Origin: Octopus sinensis
Taxonomy: Eukaryota
Direction of reading: 5' to 3'
NCBI RefSeq assembly: GCF_006345805.1
Contig: NC_042999.1
Span: 108,252,001 to 108,316,000 of the forward strand
Length of the DNA stretch: 64,000 bases
Shown piece after piece: positions 57,251 to 64,000 of the stretch. The notes beneath the pieces are model-generated. The model was given only the letters and a program-made list of their open reading frames with translations, made no database searches and had not been told where the DNA came from. A program made the position numbers and the translations under genes. Numbering within the stretch: position 1 is the stretch's first letter; every line of letters starts with the position of its first letter.

Positions 57251-58459
57251 ACATACATAGAAAATATATCACTCTAAGAAAATATATCACTCTAAGAAAT
57301 AATAATAATAATTATTATTATTATTATTATTATTGAGTGAGAGAGCAGTGCATGCCATCAAAGTGACACTGGGGTAAAATATACAAAGCCCAATATACCC
57401 ATCATGCATGCATGCATACATACATATGGATGCAATGCGTGTATGCCAGGGTTTCCGTCTCACAAATCCTTTCACAAGGCTTTCATTGAGCCAGGGTTGT
57501 AGAAGAAGACATTTGCCTAAGATACTGCACAATAGGAGAATACTTATGTATGAAAATAAAAATTATGAATCCTACACTTTACAAAACACTTAAGCATCAG
57601 TATTGATGTTTTAAATCCTTAAATTATATTACTAAGAAAAAATTCATGGTGCACCTAGATACCTTTTGAGGTGCACCAATGTACTACAGCATACTGTCAG
57701 TAGAGCCCCTATTGTATGGGTTGTCTTGTTAGCTTACTCTAATCCATTGACTTGTACTAATGTCAGTTATTTAGAAAGATGATCATTGATTTCTGTTATG
57801 TGTGCTCATGGGTTTCCTGGGTGGGTGTATTTCTTCACAACACCTGTGACTTTCAGTTAAATGGTGCTGTTATTCTTGTTTTTGGCATATATATTTGCAT
57901 TTTTTTCTCTCTTTATGTTCTGTTATGTATTTATATTACCTTGGATCTTCTTCGCTTTTATGTCAACAGAATTTGGTCTTCCAAGAAAGAAAGAAATATA
58001 ATTGATTTTTTTTCACGTATAAGGATTCTGTATGACATGTGTTTGGCATTTTTAGGTTTTTTACATTGTTTCTTCATTAATGTCAGTGGATTTTCCTTGT
58101 GCTATAAAATTCTCTGTACTTCCTTTGTTCATCCGGAAGTTACTTTCTTTCATTTGACTGGAAGTTGCTTTTACTGTTACTTTTTTTCTTTGCTCTTATT
58201 TTTATTGCATACTTTCAGCGTGTTATGAGATGGTAAATAAGTCACAAAGCTATAACAATAAATTCTTTGGCAACGAACATTTATATAACAAATAAATGAC
58301 AATACATAACCAAAGGTTTAGTATAATGTATACCAAAAATCTCTTTAACCTCTGCAGGTGACGGATACTTCTAGTCCTCTGCTTGTCCTGCCTGTTTTCT
58401 TGGCTGTTTACTACTGACCGTCCAACTACATATCTTGGCACATGCACGTGCATACACAC

Positions 58460-58630
58460 ATCATCATCATCATCATCATCAGCTTTCCATGGATGGATTG
58501 ACAGGAGCTGGCTAGGCAGAAGACTGCACCAAACTTCAGTTTTTGTTTTGGCATGGTTTTTTATGGCTGGATGCCCTTCCTAACACCAACCACCTGACAG
58601 AGTGAACTGAGTGCTTTTTATGTGGCGCTA
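58460..58630 (-). mobile_element. RTE-type 3'-end fragment
   Basis: (cat)n then ggctggatgcccttcctaacaccaaccac. Confidence 0.65.
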
Positions 58631-60704
58631 GAAAAGAGATGTAAATCATCTACCAGTGGTTTCAAATTTCTCTCCAGTTTTCTCCCCTTGGTTGACTGAG
58701 TACTTCTCCTAAGAATCTTTGGTTCTACAGATTGGATTCGTTTGTTCATTTCTTGTTCCAAATCACTACTGATAGATGTTATTCCTTGTCACTGTTAACA
58801 CGTGTTTCTCAAACAATGTGAGGCACTACCACTACAACAGGCAACATTGCTATTACCACCTTTGTTTCAAGCTGCAAAAGTTTTGATCTAATTTGGGTCT
58901 TTCATGAATCAAAGTTTCAATCTGATTCTGTATAATAAGAGTAAATTCTTTTCTTTTTTTTTATTCATACTTTTTGTGTTGTTCTGGTTTGGCTTTTGTT
59001 GGACAGTATTATGAGGATTTTTTGAGTATTTGGCTTTATTGTTTTGGCATTTTCTTTGTTTAGTACATGAGTTTTGTTCATTTGTTTTACACATTTCTCT
59101 ATCGTCAAGGTTTATGTCTTCAGTGTTTTAATATTTTGATTGTTTATTTTAGTTTTTGTTAAGTGTATTTTCATTATTTACTTGCATTTTAGATTCATCA
59201 TAAGTTAGCTTGTATGTTATGATGCAATGTTTCTTTGAGCTCAGTCTTATTTTTCTCTTAAAATTTTATACTAAAGTATTGTTTTAGTTTTGTTTAGTGG
59301 TAGTGTAATATATGCATGTATTATAGAAACGCATTCCTCTCATATTCATTTATGCTTTTTCTGTTTTAATTATGTAATTTATTGCTAAAGTTTGCCCTTT
59401 ATTTAGATTATCATCAGATTCATTAAGAACTGGTTTATTTGTTTTTGGGTTTGTTGAATTTTGCGTGTTTCGTTTTCCATGCTTATTATGCATCAAATTC
59501 AAAGTACACATTCACCTTTTAACTTTGGGCTAATGACATGCTTTTACATGTTTTTATTTGTATTGGTTGTCATTTGCTTATGGAGATGGGTGTGGATGAA
59601 TCAGTCTGGTGTTGATGTAACTTATAGTCTGTTAGTTTGTTTATACATAATATCTGATCACCAGCCAGTGTGCAATTTATAATACATTAATTATGTAAGG
59701 TAAAAATCAATAAAATTTCACAAGTAAATCAATATATTACTTACACAGTTATCCATTAGCATTTTAAATTTATTTTTCAGCTTGATTCATTTATATTTGT
59801 TATTATTTATTATTAGATGATGTCTTAGGAAGAGCATGTGTTAACCAAAACAAATTGGTTCAGTAGCTGGAAGGAAGAATCTATGTTGGCCATCATCTTG
59901 GGCTTGACCAACAGTTATGTTAAGTTATATGGGATCTAACTTGGACCAGATCTCAAGATAGAGAGAACATGACAATGTTACAAGCAGGTTGATCAGTGCC
60001 ACCAAGAAATGAGCTGTGACTAAGCTATCCTTGGATTGTGGGAAAGAGGTTACAAATGTATACATCAGTCCTGTTATTTGTTGTCATGAAAACATTGAAC
60101 AGAATTTTTAGTATCTGAAATGAAACACTTAGCAGCATTTCTACCAGATTTTTACATTCTGAGTTCAGATTCTACCAAGGTTGATTTTTGTCTTTCATCC
60201 TTTTAGGGTCAATAAAATAAGCACTAGTTAAGAGTGGGGTCAATATAATCTATTTACCCTCTCCCACCAAATGCCAAACTTTGAACCATTATTTATGATC
60301 TCATTAATACCATACCCTCCCACATACGCCTTCATCTTTTCAGTATATTTCCAGTTCAGGATAAACTGCAATAGGCATTTGTCAGGCTTCTCTAAATGCA
60401 TGCAAAGAGGTAAGACTGTTCTTTATGTACTTGCTCAGTGTCTGAGCATTGCTGACATGTTGAATTATGATGACCAACTGCTGTCACATGCACTATAGAG
60501 CCAGCTGACTTCATCACAATGTATGTATATGTGTATATGTATGTGTGTTTGTATGTAAATATGGCTGTGCATTTTCAGTTTCTCTAATATGAAAAAAATA
60601 AATTTTTTAAAATCTGGTTTGCCAGACCTCAGTCAAATCATCCAACCTATGCTAGCATGGAATGCGGACGTTAAACAATGATTATTATTATTATTATTAT
60701 TATT

Positions 60705-60915
60705 AAGGTGGCAAGCTGGCAGAATTGTGATCACACTGGACAAATTGCTTAGTGGCATTTCATCCATCTTTTTGTTCTGAGTTTAAATTTCATCTAGGTT
60801 GATTTTTGCCTTTCATCCTTCCACTGTTGATAAAATAAGTACCAGTTGGGTACTGGGGACAGTGTAATAAACTACACCCCATCAAATTACTGATCTCTTG
60901 CCAAAATTTGAAGCC
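60705..60915 (+). mobile_element. Family-B SINE
   Basis: aaggtggcaagctggcagaa head; gcctttcatccttcc..ttgataaaataagtaccag core. Confidence 0.75.
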
Positions 60916-62680
60916 ATTATTTTTGTTGTTGTTGTTATAATAATTATTAGTAATATTATTATTAGTAGTAGTAATAGTAGCAGTAGTAGTAGCAGCAGCA
61001 GCAGTACTATTTAGTCTCAAAATAAATCCATTTATTAAAAAACTTTCCTTCATCTGATGATTTTGTTGAAGTTATATATGTTTCGTCTTATAAGAATATA
61101 TATTTTTTCTTTAAGATTTCAGACAGAAAAAGAAAAAGTATATATTCTTTTGTAATACAGAATTACTATTTCATTATTCATTCAGAACAATTTTAAGCAA
61201 GGCAATATATTTTCAAATGAATTGGTTGTGACTTTTCAAAATTTTTTTTCCTTCCCTGAATATAGCAAAAGGTTTATCAGAGCATATCTGAAATATAGCC
61301 TGAAAGTTTGAAGACATTGTATTTCAATAAATTGATATTTGAAAAGATCATCTCTTTTGACAATTCAAAACATATAGTTGTCATTGAATTTAAAATAGCT
61401 TATTACATATTAATTTTGTTATATCTTTAATGTCATACTATTCTATTGTGAATCAGTTAAAAAAAAAAAATTGCCTTCCTATTTGTTTACCAAAATAAAT
61501 TATTGATTTCATATTGGAATCTCATTGGTAAGTTGTGTTTTGGAAACAAAACTGGTGCACTTATTACCAATATAGCAAGTTGTTAAATGTGTGAAGTAGT
61601 ACGAACCTATCTGGAATGGTTAACTGTATAAGTTACCTATCATTTTCCCAGCATAAGTCAAATTTTTCAGACCAACATTTATAGCCAGAAACAGTAGGTT
61701 AACTTATACACCAACATGACTTTGGAAGACCAAAAATTCCTTGTGAAATAGAGCAGGATTTGGAAAGTTAGTGATGATGTTTGAATGCTTAAACTATATA
61801 CTGTTTCAACTCATATGAGAATATGATACTTAGTTAATCAGTTTGCTATTGTTGTTTATACACACTGGGCAGTCCTGATCTAAATAACATATAGTCAAAA
61901 GCATTAATCAATCCATATTTCTACCTCACTAACTTGTCCTCCTTTTTATAAATGATATTATATGATTTGAGAAAAATTTGACTGCTATTTGTAGCAGGCT
62001 GAGTGATGTTGTGGAATCTTATAATTAATCAGGTACAGCACCGAGGCAGTATCTACAATAATTCATGTATGTATGTATGTATATATATATATACATACAT
62101 ACACTCTATACTGTTTTCTCTTTCATCCTTTTCTCTAATTCCCTTTTCTTCCTTTCATCATTTTCTATCTGTCTGTCTGTCTCTCTCTCTCCCCTCTTTC
62201 TACCTTTTTCTCATTGCTCACACGTGACCATCACCCACCTTTCTTTTCCTCACATGATCATCATTCTTTTCTGTCAGGACTATCCTAAGGACTGGACATA
62301 TCCCATCTCTCTCTTTTATCTTTCATCTTGTCAAAGAAAATATTTCTCTAGTGTTTGCTACTTTACCCTCATTCTGGTCTAATGACCCTCCATGTTTGTT
62401 TTCGTTCGGTTTCCTTGTATGTCTCCACTGTCCTGTTCTTGTTCCCAACTTGGACCCTCCATAAATCCCAAATTTTATTTTGGTACTTATGGGAGCAACT
62501 GTCTTCTGAGATTTATATTGTCGTTCACTGCTTGAAATTAGGAGTTGATGGACAGCCGACAACTGATGAAGGGTCATTGTTTGTGTTACTTGTCCTGTTT
62601 TCCATTTGTTTCTCTTGTTTGTATATTGAACTCTGTTGTTTTCATGTTGTTTACTGTTTGTGACATCTTCTACCCATATA

Positions 62681-62729
<49 letters not shown>

Positions 62730-62750
62730 TATATATATATAAAGCTATAA

Positions 62751-63130
62751 GAAGTGACAAAGGAATATATTCAGCATATTTTGCTTTATGAATTCATTAA
62801 AGGCAACAATTCAACGGAAATTGTGAGGAATATTAATGCAGTATATGGGGATCAGACAGTAAGCATAAGCCAGTGTCAGTGGTAGTTCCAGAAATTCCAA
62901 GCCAAAAACTACAGCCTAGATGATGAGCCTTGTCCTGGAAGATCTGCAGAGCTTGACAAGGACGTCCTACAAACCCCGGGGGAACAAAATCTCATCATAA
63001 ATGTCGAGGAACTAACAGAGTAGCTTGGATTTGGTCATTCAACCATTCATCGACACCTGCATGCCATTAGAAAAGTCAGCAAATTGGGTCAATGAGTTCC
63101 TCACAAACTTTCCATGTCTAATCGCATGCA
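62751..63130 (+). pseudogene. Mariner transposase N-terminal (HTH) fragment
   Basis: EVTKEYIQHILLYEFIKGNNSTEIVRNINAVYGD...FQKF...SLDDEPCPGRS...HSTIHRHLHAIRKVSKLGQ*VPHKL (decayed WVPHEL motif), with in-frame stops. Confidence 0.85.
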
Positions 63131-63169
63131 TTCATGAGACATTCTGTTGTATCTCACGAATGAACCAAG

Positions 63170-63380
63170 AGAGAAACACAAAAACACACACACAAATATA
63201 TGCACATATATGTATATATACGACAGGCTTCTTCCAGTTTCCATCTACCAAATCCACTCGCAAGGCTTTGGTCAGCCCAAGGCTATAGTAGAAGACACTT
63301 GCCCAATGTGCCATGCAGTGGGACTGAACCCAGAACCATGTATAGAGTTGCAAAGCCAGCTTCTTACCACACAACTACGC
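63170..63380 (-). mobile_element. Family-A SINE, 5' portion
   Basis: Reverse complement of the 19243 head (gctatagtagaagacacttgccca, gtgggactgaaccc). Confidence 0.8.
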
Positions 63381-63798
63381 TTGTTTATTATGTTACATAG
63401 ATATCCCTAACCAATTCATTCATATATGATCAAAGGTTTTTTGGAGGCTGCATTAACAAAAGACAAAACAGGGGATTGGTGTATAAAAGCTTCATTTCCC
63501 AAGAATATTTAGAATTTGACCAACATCATCTGCATTTGTGAGCATTTTGACACAAGATTACATGACTTTGGGCACGTTGCCATTTTAAAGATTGTGTGAC
63601 TTTTATCTAAACATGCAAGTCATGTATCTACCTAGAAGCTCTTGCATTGACTCAAGGATGAAGTTATAAGACATAAATATCTTTGCATAATTTCTTTGAA
63701 AAACATTTTTAGCTGTTTGTGATCTCATTATGTAACACCTTAGAAAAATGTTTACAATTGAAGACTATGTAGAAGATTCTCTCAGGTGTGTATGTGTG

Positions 63799-63841
<43 letters not shown>

Positions 63842-63843
<2 letters not shown>

Positions 63844-64000
63844 AGATGCAATGACCCAGTGGTTAGGGCAGTGGACTTGCAGTCATAGGATCGCAGTTTC
63901 GATTCTCAGACCGGGTGTTGTGAGTGTTTACTGAACGAAAACAACTTAAGCTCCATGAGACTCCGGTGGTAGTGGGGGTGAACCCTGCTGTTCTTTTTCA
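63842..64000 (+). mobile_element. tRNA-derived SINE, truncated by window end
   Basis: tgacccagtggttag A box and gtttcgattc B box right after a (TA)n tract. Confidence 0.6.

Noticed and set aside
57779-58228. 149-aa hydrophobic ORF resembling a membrane protein
   Set aside because: Hydrophobicity follows from T-rich composition; no motif or splice support
58640-59130. Minus-strand ILRRSTQSTKG motif reminiscent of an LTR-retrotransposon linker
   Set aside because: Too short and unsupported by neighbouring domains

Overview
Very AT-rich, repeat-dominated animal genomic DNA, intronic or intergenic. The mix of tRNA-headed SINEs, RTE tails and huge (TA)n tracts suggests an octopus/cephalopod (inference from repeat content only). 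No host protein-coding gene could be recognised; one plausible spliced exon sits at 17127-17353. All interpretable coding sequence is transposon-derived: a decayed DD37D (maT) Tc1/mariner with TIRs; a young 5'-truncated CR1-type LINE embedded in an ~8.4 kb (TA)n region; a 5'-truncated RTE LINE with a PHD-like finger inside its RT ORF, nested in an older R4/Dong-like RLE LINE; a deleted hAT; and mariner fragments. The most notable unexplained signal is a set of minimal type-I hammerhead-ribozyme motifs in short non-coding repeats. One lies in a 275-bp tRNA-headed SINE-like element flanked by a 13-bp target-site duplication (54161-54435). Also notable are a long near-perfect hairpin (22861-23016), 67-bp hairpin repeats in the RTE 3' UTR, and inverted SINE pairs.
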